Below are positions 1 to 8,993 of a DNA stretch of 64,000 nucleotides, in pieces. Made by a program: the position numbers and the translations under genes. Every line of letters starts with the position of its first letter. The stretch's first letter is position 1. The notes under the pieces were generated by a model, which saw nothing but the letters and a program-made list of their open reading frames with translations, was not told the DNA's origin and made no database searches. This DNA is from Phycisphaerales bacterium. Lineage in GTDB: Bacteria; Planctomycetota; Phycisphaerae; Phycisphaerales; UBA1924. The stretch is taken from positions 1,856,001 to 1,920,000 of the forward strand of contig OZ245777.1 in assembly GCA_965227775.1 (NCBI GenBank), read 5' to 3'.

Positions 1-1335
1 TTCCGAGGGAGCGTTCTCTTCGGTGGGTACGCGTGGTTGCTCGCGGGCCATCCGCTCATCGACGCGCCGATGATCTCGGTCGGTGGTGCGTGGGTCGGGG
101 CGTATGGCGTCGGGTTTGCCGTCGCGCTTACCGCGGCGGCGCTGACGTTGCTCGCGCGTTCGCGCGATGATCTGCCTCGCATGGCAACCCTGGCGGCTTC
201 GCCGCTGCTCGTGCTGCTCGGTCTCGGTTTTCTTGCGCCGAAGCCCGGCCAGCCCACCGGCGCGCGGGTCGCCATCGTGCAGACCAACGTGCCGCAGGAC
301 AACCGCATGGCCTGGTCGATGGAAGACCAGGTGCGGCTGTTCGATGAGTTCGCGGCCATGACCACGTCGGCGCGCGGCAACGCGGACTTTGTGGTCTGGC
401 CCGAGACGATGCTTCCCGGTCCACCCATCAGCCCCCAGGCGCTCATCGAGATGCGCCGATTCGGTCTTGTCTACCTCGTCGACTTACCCGAGCGCGATCG
501 CATCGACGCGACGTACTTTGCCGACGAGGCGCTCGAGCTGCACGAGGCGATCGGCATGCCGATGATCATCGGCGCCACCGGCATGGACGGGCTGCGGATC
601 TCGGCCACCGCCGAGGGTGAGGTTCTGCAAGACTACGACGGGCTGTACAACAGCGCGCACCTGCTTGTGGGTGGTGGGCTCGAAGCGGCCCGGTACGACA
701 AGCTCAAGCTTACGATCTTCGGCGAGGTCTTGCCGCTGGTCTCGCGGTGGGATTGGCTCGAAGAGAAGCTTCTTTTGATCGGCGCGGGCGGTATGCGGTT
801 CGACCTGGATGCCGGCAAGAAGCCCGTCTGGTTCGACGTACCGACGCAGTCGGGGCCGCTGCGTGTCGGCACGCCCATCTGCTTCGAGGTTGCGTACGCC
901 GGCGTGAGCCGTCGGCTGGCACGCGGCAACGGCGACCGCGTCGATGCCCTCGTGAACCTGACCAACGACGGCTGGTTCTCCACGAGCGATTCCGGCCGAG
1001 CCATGCACCTGAAGCTCGCGCGGTGGCGGGCGCTCGAGAACGGCGTCCCCATCGTGCGGGCGGCGAACACCGGCATCTCGACGATCATCGACTCTCGCGG
1101 CAAGATCGCGTTGAGCGAGGCAACAATGCCCGAGGGTCCGGGCAGCCACTCGATCTCGACCGCGGGCAAGGCCTTCGCGACGCGGACGCCGCAGGTGGTC
1201 TTCGGTGAGGTGCCCGGGCGAACGACGCGGGCGACGCCGTTCTCAGCGGTTGGGTTTCTGACGCCGTGGCTGCTGTTCCTCGCGGGCCTTCTGGTGCTCG
1301 TGCGGGGCGTCGCGTCGGGCCGGCGCGTGGGCTGA
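1..1335 (+). CDS. lnt: Apolipoprotein N-acyltransferase (5' part outside window)
   Basis: Frame is open from base 1 (FRGSVLFGGYAWLLAGHP). TM helices precede a nitrilase domain with QTNVPQ and the E-K-C triad in VVWPE, YDKLKL and ICFEV, plus TNDGWF and RAANTGIS. Confidence 0.95.
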   Translation, partial: FRGSVLFGGYAWLLAGHPLIDAPMISVGGAWVGAYGVGFAVALTAAALTLLARSRDDLPRMATLAASPLLVLLGLGFLAPKPGQPTGARVAIVQTNVPQDNRMAWSMEDQVRLFDEFAAMTTSARGNADFVVWPETMLPGPPISPQALIEMRRFGLVYLVDLPERDRIDATYFADEALELHEAIGMPMIIGATGMDGLRISATAEGEVLQDYDGLYNSAHLLVGGGLEAARYDKLKLTIFGEVLPLVSRWDWLEEKLLLIGAGGMRFDLDAGKKPVWFDVPTQSGPLRVGTPICFEVAYAGVSRRLARGNGDRVDALVNLTNDGWFSTSDSGRAMHLKLARWRALENGVPIVRAANTGISTIIDSRGKIALSEATMPEGPGSHSISTAGKAFATRTPQVVFGEVPGRTTRATPFSAVGFLTPWLLFLAGLLVLVRGVASGRRVG

Positions 1336-1444
1336 GCCGATAACCCATTTACGAACATGGATCGCCCGGACTCGTACCTTCGAGTTCGTGGGTCGGAGTA
1401 TCTCGGCAGCCGTGAGCGGCGGGCAGGAAGGGACGGTGTGGGTG

Positions 1445-2479
1445 ATGGTGCGGACCAGGACCGTGATCGTGTGTGTGGCGGTCTGTTCGACTGCGATGTT
1501 GGCCGGATGCGCTGGTGGCGGATCGGGTGGCCCGGTTGACGCGGGACCAACGCCGGGCGCCATTGAGCTCTCACAAGCACGCGAGGGCGCCATCGAGCAG
1601 TTGGAAGGTCTCGCGCGACACGCCGATCCGGTCATCCGTGGGAATGCGATCGAGGCCTTGCTCGAGGCGCCAGGTCGCGCGGCCACGTGGCTCGAGCAAG
1701 GACTGAGCGACCAGAGCCCTGGCGTACGGGCCGTCGCGCTGGGCGGCATCGCCGAGACGGGTCGAGCCGACCTTGCTGAGCAAGCCAAGCCGCTGCTGCG
1801 GGACCGCTCGCCATTTGTACGACTCAATGCGGCCTATGCGCTTGCTGCAAACGGCGATGACAGCGGCTCGCAGGAGATCGTGCGAGCGCTGATGCAGACC
1901 GAGGAGCCCCGGCTGCGGGCCCAGGCGGCCTTCGTTCTTGGAGAACTCGGGAATCGATCGGCCGTGCCCCTGCTGCGCGATGCCGCGTCGCGCCCGATGC
2001 CGCTCGCACCCGATGGTCAGGTCCGCCTGATGAGTCTGCAGATGAGCGAGGCCATGGTGAAGCTGGGCGACAGCGAGCAGGTCCAGCCCATCCGGGCGGC
2101 TCTCTATCCCGCGAGCGCCCAGGAACTCGAAGCCACGGCCCTGGCGGCTCGAATCCTCGGAGAGGTGGGCGACCACGCCTCCGAGACGCAGCTCGCATTC
2201 CTTACCGCTCGGCTTGATGATGGCGGCAACATGCTGCCGCCCGAGGTCAGGTTGTCCGCCGTATACGCCTTGGCTCAGCTTGGCAAGACGCAAGGTGACA
2301 CGATCGCCCTGGCGTACCTCGACGACCCGAGGGCCTCGATTCGGGGTTTGTCAGCAATTGCTCTGGGCGAGATTGGCAAGACGCAGCACCTCGACAGCAT
2401 CCGCCCGTTGCTTGCCGATCCAGACCCGTCCGTTCGGGTTCATGCCGCGGCGGCTGTTGTCCGGCTGACACGACCGTGA
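1445..2479 (+). CDS. HEAT-repeat lipoprotein
   Basis: Lipobox LAGC after a hydrophobic stretch; multiple HEAT repeats (DPVIRGNAIEAL, DRSPFVRLNAAYAL, DPDPSVRVHAAAAV). Start at ATG 1445 chosen for signal peptide length. Confidence 0.85.
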   Translation: MVRTRTVIVCVAVCSTAMLAGCAGGGSGGPVDAGPTPGAIELSQAREGAIEQLEGLARHADPVIRGNAIEALLEAPGRAATWLEQGLSDQSPGVRAVALGGIAETGRADLAEQAKPLLRDRSPFVRLNAAYALAANGDDSGSQEIVRALMQTEEPRLRAQAAFVLGELGNRSAVPLLRDAASRPMPLAPDGQVRLMSLQMSEAMVKLGDSEQVQPIRAALYPASAQELEATALAARILGEVGDHASETQLAFLTARLDDGGNMLPPEVRLSAVYALAQLGKTQGDTIALAYLDDPRASIRGLSAIALGEIGKTQHLDSIRPLLADPDPSVRVHAAAAVVRLTRP

Positions 2480-2855
2480 TAACCTGTGCCCTCTCCGGGC
2501 GAACCGCAGTGGTTTGACGCCGGGGCCGCGGCACCCGTCGAGACCGCGTCGCTGGGCCGTCAGGGCGTTGCCAAGGCAACCAGCCGGGCCTTGCGGGCGT
2601 ATCGACGCTCACCCTCGGCGTTGCTGGTGGGTATGGTGTCCGCTCGCTCGAGCGGTCTTGCTGGGGGCATGCGGCAAGCAGCAGGCTGGCCTCCGGCCCG
2701 ATCGGAATCGAGGGTTGGGGTTGGAGACGACGGACGGAGCGGGTTTCTGATTGGCTCTGGCCACCAGAAACGGTTGAAAGAGAACGAACGTAGCGGGCGA
2801 GCACGATCGGCCATCACACGGGCCTCCGAACGGCCAGAACACGGGTTTTCAAACG

Positions 2856-3704
2856 ATGCACACTCTCACGAAGTTCCTCGTACTCGCGGCCGCGGTTGCG
2901 GGCATCGCGCTGTCCACGCTCACCATCTCGTTCGCGATCAACAATCGCGGCGTGCTTGAGGACTATGACCGCCTGCAGGCGGCCAACGAGGCCCTGCAGG
3001 CCCGCGAGCAAGAAGCCGCCGCGAGCGCCCAGGCCGAGGCCGACCGCCTCCGCCGCGAGCAGGACTCCCTGCGTCAGCAGATCAGCGCCAGTGAGTCTGA
3101 GCTCCTTCGACTTCGTGGCGAGGTGGGCGAGCTGCGCCGCGACAAGCTGACCGCCAACCAGCAGGTCACCACGCTGCAGAACCAGATTTCGCAGCTCAAC
3201 GAGACGACGCGCATGCTGACCGAGCTGAGCGATCGCTTCGCCGCCGAGGTGAGCGAGCTGCGCAACACCGAGCTTGCCCTGCGTCAGAACGAGATCGATC
3301 TGCTCGATCGCATCGCCGACCTGCAGAGCAGCAACCAGTCGCTGACCGCAACCGTGAACGGCCTGCGTGAGCAGATCGCCCGCCTCGAGAACGACGAGGG
3401 CGGCCAGGGCGATGCCCTCGCCGGTGGTTCGGACGTGACCACATTCGTGACCGGCCAGATCATGGAGACCGAGCAGGACTCGTCGGGCGCCACGCTGGCC
3501 CGCGTCGACCTCGGCTCGCAGGACGGCCTGGCCCGCGGCAAGCGGCTGTTCATCATCCGTAACGAGGGCGGCAACCGTCGCCTGGTGGGCCACTTCAATG
3601 TCCAGAACGCCGACCTGCAGTTCGCCGAGGGCGTCGTCGACACGCTCGGCCTGGGTCTGACCCCGCGCCGCGGCGACATCGTCGTGTCGGACATCCGTCG
3701 CTAA
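2856..3704 (+). CDS. Membrane-anchored coiled-coil protein with C-terminal beta domain
   Basis: N-terminal TM helix, about 170 aa of heptad-rich helix, then VDLGSQDGLARGKRLFIIR; strong GC3 codon bias. Confidence 0.85.
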   Translation: MHTLTKFLVLAAAVAGIALSTLTISFAINNRGVLEDYDRLQAANEALQAREQEAAASAQAEADRLRREQDSLRQQISASESELLRLRGEVGELRRDKLTANQQVTTLQNQISQLNETTRMLTELSDRFAAEVSELRNTELALRQNEIDLLDRIADLQSSNQSLTATVNGLREQIARLENDEGGQGDALAGGSDVTTFVTGQIMETEQDSSGATLARVDLGSQDGLARGKRLFIIRNEGGNRRLVGHFNVQNADLQFAEGVVDTLGLGLTPRRGDIVVSDIRR

Positions 3705-3731
3705 TCAACGCACGCACCTGGGAGCACACGC

Positions 3732-3932
3732 ATGAGTCAGTACGGAATGCAGATGCCCGGCGGGCGTTCGTCCCGCGGACCGAGCCTGGGCGTCATCGAC
3801 GGGCTGCTGGCCCTCTCGATCATCGCGATGGGCTTTGGGATCTTCTTCATGTATCAGGCCGCGGCCGCGGTGAGCCCCGATGGCCAGCCCTGGAACATGC
3901 ACGGCGACGGCCCGATCGTGCTTCCGGAGTAA
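3732..3932 (+). CDS. Small single-TM hypothetical protein
   Basis: GGAG RBS upstream; one hydrophobic helix; directly follows 2856..3704. Confidence 0.75.
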   Translation: MSQYGMQMPGGRSSRGPSLGVIDGLLALSIIAMGFGIFFMYQAAAAVSPDGQPWNMHGDGPIVLPE

Positions 3933-3976
3933 TCGTTGCGGCCGGTCCGCGCGTGGCCCTGGGCAACGCGTCGGTC

Positions 3977-4004
3977 TTGACCGTGTGGGCGTGGCGGCTA
4001 TTCT
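3977..4004 (+). promoter_or_regulatory. Sigma70-like promoter of tRNA-Asp
   Basis: TTGACC-N16-TATTCT, 37 nt before the tRNA. Confidence 0.6.
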
Positions 4005-4041
4005 TGTCACGCCCGACCGCAGCCCATCGCTGCGACAACCC

Positions 4042-4115
<74 letters not shown>

Positions 4116-4123
4116 CTTCATCG

Positions 4124-4153
4124 ACGCCCCTGGCGAAACGCTGGGGGCGTTTT
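4124..4153 (+). terminator. Intrinsic terminator after tRNA-Asp
   Basis: ACGCCCCTGGC-GAAAC-GCTGGGGGCGT hairpin followed by TTT. Confidence 0.75.
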
Positions 4154-4341
4154 GCATGGTGTACCGAGAGTCTTGTTCGGCCCTCTCACGAGCTGAGCCC
4201 GGCCACCCTTGGCCGTGCGGGCCGTAGCTCGTCCATGGGCTCTTTGGGTGCATAGCGTGGCCAAGCCGGGACGAGCGTTGCTCTTGAGCCGCTTCGAGCA
4301 GCCCGGGTCTGCGCAGCGTTGCAAAGTGAGGCGGACCACAC

Positions 4342-5067
4342 ATGCCAAAGCTCATCGCCATGTGGTCGGGCCCACGCAACATTTCCACGGCGATGATGCG
4401 GTCGTGGGAGGCCCGCGGCGACACGCTCGTCGTTGATGAGCCGCTGTATGCGCATTACTTGGCTACGACGGGCGTCGACCATCCTGGCGGCCAAGAGGTC
4501 ATCGCCGCCGGCGAGACGGACCTGGGCGCCGTGATCGGTCACTTGACCGCTCCGCCGCCCGAGCCTTTCGAGTTCGTGTACCAGAAGCACATGGCACACC
4601 ACCTGCCCGCAGGCGTGGACCTGGGGTGGCTCGATGGGCTGGCTAACGCGGTGCTCGTTCGCGAGCCTCGGGAGATGCTCACGTCCCTGCTTGAGGTGTT
4701 GCCCAACCCCGACCTGGACGCGACGGGCCTGCCGGCCCAGGCCGCCTTGCTTGAGCGATGCGGGTCGCTGCCGGTCATCGATTCGAAGGCCGTGCTGCAG
4801 AACCCCGCAGGCATGCTCCGTGCTTTGTGCGGGGCGTTGGGCGTGCCCTTCACCGATGGCATGCTGGCGTGGGAAGCAGGGCCTCGATCGACCGACGGCG
4901 TGTGGGCGAAGCACTGGTACGAGAGCGTCGAGCGATCGACCGGGTTTGCGCCCTACAAACCCAAGCAGGCGGACGTTCCCGCCCGCCACCAGCCGCTGCT
5001 CCGCTCGTGCGAGGCGATCTACGACCGGCTCGTCGCGCATGCGCTCGCACCCATGGACGAGGAATAG
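4342..5067 (+). CDS. Sulfotransferase-like P-loop protein (partner of class IV aminotransferase)
   Basis: MWSGPRNISTAMMRSW, DEPLYAHYL, YQKHMAHH and DGVWAKHWY motifs of this family. Confidence 0.85.
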   Translation: MPKLIAMWSGPRNISTAMMRSWEARGDTLVVDEPLYAHYLATTGVDHPGGQEVIAAGETDLGAVIGHLTAPPPEPFEFVYQKHMAHHLPAGVDLGWLDGLANAVLVREPREMLTSLLEVLPNPDLDATGLPAQAALLERCGSLPVIDSKAVLQNPAGMLRALCGALGVPFTDGMLAWEAGPRSTDGVWAKHWYESVERSTGFAPYKPKQADVPARHQPLLRSCEAIYDRLVAHALAPMDEE

Positions 5068-5071
5068 GCCT

Positions 5072-5974
5072 GTGCTCCAACAGCCCAACCCGCTCAACCA
5101 AGACGTCATCGTCAACATCAACGGTTCGCTGACGCCTCGGGGCGAGGCGCGTGTGAGTCCGTTCGACTCGTCCGTCCAGAACGGCGACGCCGTGTGGGAA
5201 GGTCTACGCGTGTACGACGGGCGGATCTTCCGCTTGCGTGAGCACCTCGCGCGGCTGCGCCGCTCGGCGACAGCGCTGGCGTTCGCGAGCATACCGAGCG
5301 ATGAGAAGATGATCACAGAGGTGCGTCGCACGCTCGAGGCCAATGGCATGCGCGACGGCGTGCACATCCGCCTCACGCTGACGCGAGGTGAGAAGTACAC
5401 CTCCGGCCTTGATCCGCGCATAAACACGGCGGGCCACACGCTCATCGTGCTGGCCGAGCACAAGCCGCCGGTGTACGACAAGACGGGCATCAGGCTCAAG
5501 ACCTCGGCCCATCGGCGTCCGCCGTCGGACGTGCTCGATCAGAAGATCCACTCGTGCAATCAGCTCACGTCGATCCTGGCCAAGCTCGAGGCTAATGCGG
5601 CGAACGCCGACGACGCCCTGATGCTCGATACCCGGGGTTTCGTCGCCGAGACGAACGCGACGCACCTGTTCTTCGTGGAGGATGGCTCGATCCGCACGCC
5701 GACCACCGCAGCGTGTCCCGAGGGGATCACGCGGTCGGTCATCCTGGAAGTCTGCAAAGCCAACGGCATCGAGTGTCAGGAGGCCGATCTGACGCTGTCC
5801 GAGGCGTATCGGGCCGATGAGGTCTTCTGCACGGGCACGATGGGTGAGATTGCGCCGGTGGTGGAGATCGACGGCCGGAGTATTGGTGGCGGTGCTATGG
5901 GGCCGATGACGGCCCGGCTGTCCGAGTTGTTTGGCGCCCTAACGGCGCGTGAAGGCGAGCAGGTTGTGCCGTAA
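5072..5974 (+). CDS. PLP-dependent class IV aminotransferase (BCAT/ADC-lyase-like)
   Basis: GDAVWEGLR, HLARLRRSA, KIHSCNQL, ETNATHLF, GITR and EVFCTGT motifs; GTG start 4 nt after the upstream stop. Confidence 0.92.
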   Translation: MLQQPNPLNQDVIVNINGSLTPRGEARVSPFDSSVQNGDAVWEGLRVYDGRIFRLREHLARLRRSATALAFASIPSDEKMITEVRRTLEANGMRDGVHIRLTLTRGEKYTSGLDPRINTAGHTLIVLAEHKPPVYDKTGIRLKTSAHRRPPSDVLDQKIHSCNQLTSILAKLEANAANADDALMLDTRGFVAETNATHLFFVEDGSIRTPTTAACPEGITRSVILEVCKANGIECQEADLTLSEAYRADEVFCTGTMGEIAPVVEIDGRSIGGGAMGPMTARLSELFGALTAREGEQVVP

Positions 5975-6036
5975 CGTTTGGTGTTCGCGGGAGTGTTCGC
6001 AGACCTCAAGCTCAAGATTGAAGCGGGAGTAGCCCC

Positions 6037-6528
6037 ATGACGCCCGAAGCAGCCGCACCGCTGTGGGAGACGGACGCCGCCGTATTGCCGGTACTGGTCG
6101 CGACGGCCATAGCCGTGGCCGCATGCGTTGGCCTGCACGCGGAAGTGGTCTGCCGTCTCACGGCGTGGGCGCACTCGACGAAGCGTTCGGTGCGCCTCGT
6201 GCTTCCGGGCTGTGTCCTCTCGCTGCTGGCGACCCACGTCGTGCAGGTGCTCATATTCGCGCTGACCCACTTCATCATCGAGCGGATGTACGGCGAACGC
6301 GTGGGCATCCTGAGCATGGCGGCCGACGGCTCGCTCACCGAGCGGATCTACTTTTCGGGCGTCGTGTTCTCGACGCTCGGCTTCGGGGACATCGTTCCCA
6401 TGGGTCCATTGCGGCTGCTCGTGACCATCGAGTCGATCACGGGGCTCATGCTCATCGCATGGTCGGCCACGATGTCGTACGCCGTACTCGAGCGGGAGCA
6501 CGACACCCGGCGAAAGCGACGCTCGTAG
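6037..6528 (+). CDS. Potassium-channel-family (Ion_trans_2) protein
   Basis: Pore helix and filter YFSGVVFSTLGFGDIVP flanked by TM helices; GGGAG RBS. Confidence 0.85.
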   Translation: MTPEAAAPLWETDAAVLPVLVATAIAVAACVGLHAEVVCRLTAWAHSTKRSVRLVLPGCVLSLLATHVVQVLIFALTHFIIERMYGERVGILSMAADGSLTERIYFSGVVFSTLGFGDIVPMGPLRLLVTIESITGLMLIAWSATMSYAVLEREHDTRRKRRS

Positions 6529-6588
6529 GTTCGCCCTGGGAGGGATGAACCAGGAGCCCGGCAACGACCCCAGGACCTACCCTCGGGC

Positions 6589-8265
6589 TTGCCCGACGGA
6601 CCACCACATGCCAGCGTGCGGGACGCCGCCCTCGCGGAGCCCGGCGGCACGATCCGAGTGACGCACGAGCGGCTCGCGTGGGCGTTCGTCGCGTTGGGTT
6701 GCCTTGCGTGCACGGTGCGGTACGTCCTGGGATTCCCCCTGATTCCCGACGAGGCGGCGCTCGCGGTCAACATCGCGCGCCGCGGGTACGAGGGCCTGCT
6801 GGGCGAACTCGACTTCGGGCAGATGGCGCCGCCGCTGTTCCTGATGGTCGAGGAGTTTGCCACCCGGACGTTCGGCTTCAACGAGTGGTCGCTGCGTGCT
6901 TTCCCTTTCGCAGGGGCGGTCGGCGCGATGGCGCTGTTCCCGCTCGTCGCGCGGCGGCTGCTCGACGGTTGGGCGTTCACGCTTGCCGTCGCGGTGTTCA
7001 GCGTGTCGTACTGGCCCATCCGCTACAGCGCCGAGGTAAAGCCATACGGCGTCGACATGCTCATCACGGTGCTGTGGATGCTGCTCGCGCTACGGTGGCG
7101 CGACAGCGATCGGCCGTGGCTCTGGTTGTTGGCGATGTGCCCACTCGCGCTGGTCGGCTTCGGCGTGTCGTTCCCGTCGGTGTTCGTGGGGGGCGGTGCG
7201 GTGGCGTTCATGACGCTCGCCGGTGTTCGCCACGGCTTGGTGACGCGGCTTGCGCATCCGGGCCTCGTCGGGGCATTCCTGTTGGCGGGCTTCGTGGGCA
7301 CGTACCGCTTCCTTGTGCCGTCCAGCAGCGAGACAGCCGACTGGATGGCCGACTACTGGCAGAAGGCATTCCCGCCCATGGATTCACTCGCATCGGCGGC
7401 GTGGTGGTTCCTTGACGTACTCACGGGCGAGCTCATGCCCTACCCCATGGGAGGGGAGAATTTTGCCAGTGCAGGCACGCTGTTGTGCGTGGTGGTGGGG
7501 TTGGTCCTCCTCCTGCGACAGAAGCGGTTCGGTGTCTTGGTTCTGCTGCTCGGGCCGGTGGTGCTCGCGCTGGTTGCGGGTTTCCTGCAGAAGTACCCGT
7601 TCGGCACGCCCACGAGGCTTCAGCTCTACCTCGCACCGGTCTTCTGCGTGCTGGCGGGCTGCGGACTCGCGTGGCTCATGGCGCGGCTAGGCGACGCCCT
7701 CCGCGCACCGGCCTGGCGGAGTCCCATGCGTGTGGCGGCCACCGGGCTCGCGTGCGTCGCGATCGCGTCGATGGCCCGCGACCTGATCAACCCCCAGAAG
7801 TCGTCGACCGACGCCGTGCTGCGGGACGCGACCGACGTCATCTGGGGCGCCACGCGCTTCGATGGCCCGCGGCCACTGAGCCTGCGCGAGGACCTGGGCG
7901 CGGCGTTCGTGCCCGAGCCCGAGGGCATGCAGAGCGAAGTGACTCGGTTCCTGGCCAACTACCACATGCGCGTGCAGCGTGAGGCCGAGGGCATCGAGCA
8001 ACGCGATTTCGACACTGGCGAGCCGGTGGAGGTCGTGACGTTCTACGTTGACGGCTATGTCGACGAGGCACTTCGCCAGCAGTGGATCTCGACATTTGAG
8101 CGCACGCACGGCCTTCGCCTGGCGGGCAGCGGGCTGCTCACGATTCCGCACGTCGGGAACCACGAGGACCTGCTGCGCTACGACCGGATTGAGGTGCTGC
8201 GCTTCGAGCCGCTGGCGACGACCAGCGCACCGCTGGCGATCGAGGGCGACCAGCCCACGCCCTAG
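6589..8265 (+). CDS. GT-C fold glycosyltransferase (family 39/PMT-like)
   Basis: PDEA in loop 1, QMAPPLF, EWSLR and YSAEVKPY motifs; roughly 11-12 TM helices and a soluble C-terminal domain. Start uncertain. Confidence 0.75.
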   Translation: MPDGPPHASVRDAALAEPGGTIRVTHERLAWAFVALGCLACTVRYVLGFPLIPDEAALAVNIARRGYEGLLGELDFGQMAPPLFLMVEEFATRTFGFNEWSLRAFPFAGAVGAMALFPLVARRLLDGWAFTLAVAVFSVSYWPIRYSAEVKPYGVDMLITVLWMLLALRWRDSDRPWLWLLAMCPLALVGFGVSFPSVFVGGGAVAFMTLAGVRHGLVTRLAHPGLVGAFLLAGFVGTYRFLVPSSSETADWMADYWQKAFPPMDSLASAAWWFLDVLTGELMPYPMGGENFASAGTLLCVVVGLVLLLRQKRFGVLVLLLGPVVLALVAGFLQKYPFGTPTRLQLYLAPVFCVLAGCGLAWLMARLGDALRAPAWRSPMRVAATGLACVAIASMARDLINPQKSSTDAVLRDATDVIWGATRFDGPRPLSLREDLGAAFVPEPEGMQSEVTRFLANYHMRVQREAEGIEQRDFDTGEPVEVVTFYVDGYVDEALRQQWISTFERTHGLRLAGSGLLTIPHVGNHEDLLRYDRIEVLRFEPLATTSAPLAIEGDQPTP

Positions 8266-8987
8266 CGCTTGCCGAGCCCGTCGAGGAATCGGTGCAAGGT
8301 CGCGCCAAGCCGTTGTGGCTCGTCGAGCCAGATCATGTGCCGGGCACCGTCGATAATCTCGGACGACCCGGCGGGCAGGAGATCGGCAAGCTGCAGCGTG
8401 GGCCAGGCGGGCCTGATGTCGCGCTCGCCCAGGATGAAGTGCGCGGGCACGCTGAGCCGGGCGAGATCGGCAAGCAATCCGGGCTCGGTGATGAAGCGTC
8501 GCCACCAGGCGTTGCTCTCGGGGTTCACGCGCTCGTCGCAGCCAAAGGGCTGCTCTGGCAACGGCTCGTTCTCCGCGTCGCGGGCCGCCTTGTAGGCGTC
8601 GCTCCAGCTCCGGTCGTTGACGATGCGACCGCCGGCGAGCCCGATAATCGACGTCGTGCGCTCGGGAAACCGCAGTGCGTGCAGAAGGGCAAGGTCGGCC
8701 CCAGCCGAGTGGCCAATGACCGTCCACTGGTCGAAGCCGTAGGCGGCGCGGATGGCGTCGAGGTCCAGGACGCTCTGCCCGAAGTTGTAGGGCGGCGTGA
8801 ACGAGCTACGCCCGCAGCCGCGTTCCTCGAAGCGCACGACCGTGTAGCGACCACGGAGCAGTTGGGCCACGGGCCCGAGATAGTCACAGCATCCCGGCCC
8901 GCCGTTGCACAGGACTATTGGCGGTCCATCACCCTCGACGCAGGTCCACAGGCTCGCGTCGCCGCTCTGGACGTGCCGCTCGCCCAT
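8262..8987 (-). CDS. Alpha/beta hydrolase (proline iminopeptidase-like)
   Basis: NGGPG oxyanion motif, EERGCGRS, GHSAG nucleophile elbow, GERD acid and ARH histidine. Confidence 0.88.
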   Translation of the reverse strand: MGERHVQSGDASLWTCVEGDGPPIVLCNGGPGCCDYLGPVAQLLRGRYTVVRFEERGCGRSSFTPPYNFGQSVLDLDAIRAAYGFDQWTVIGHSAGADLALLHALRFPERTTSIIGLAGGRIVNDRSWSDAYKAARDAENEPLPEQPFGCDERVNPESNAWWRRFITEPGLLADLARLSVPAHFILGERDIRPAWPTLQLADLLPAGSSEIIDGARHMIWLDEPQRLGATLHRFLDGLGKR

Positions 8988-8993
8988 CGATCG

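Noticed and set aside
2480..2855. Riboswitch or small CDS in the 376-nt gap
   Set aside because: No recognisable aptamer, and the listed ORFs lack RBS, codon bias and motifs.
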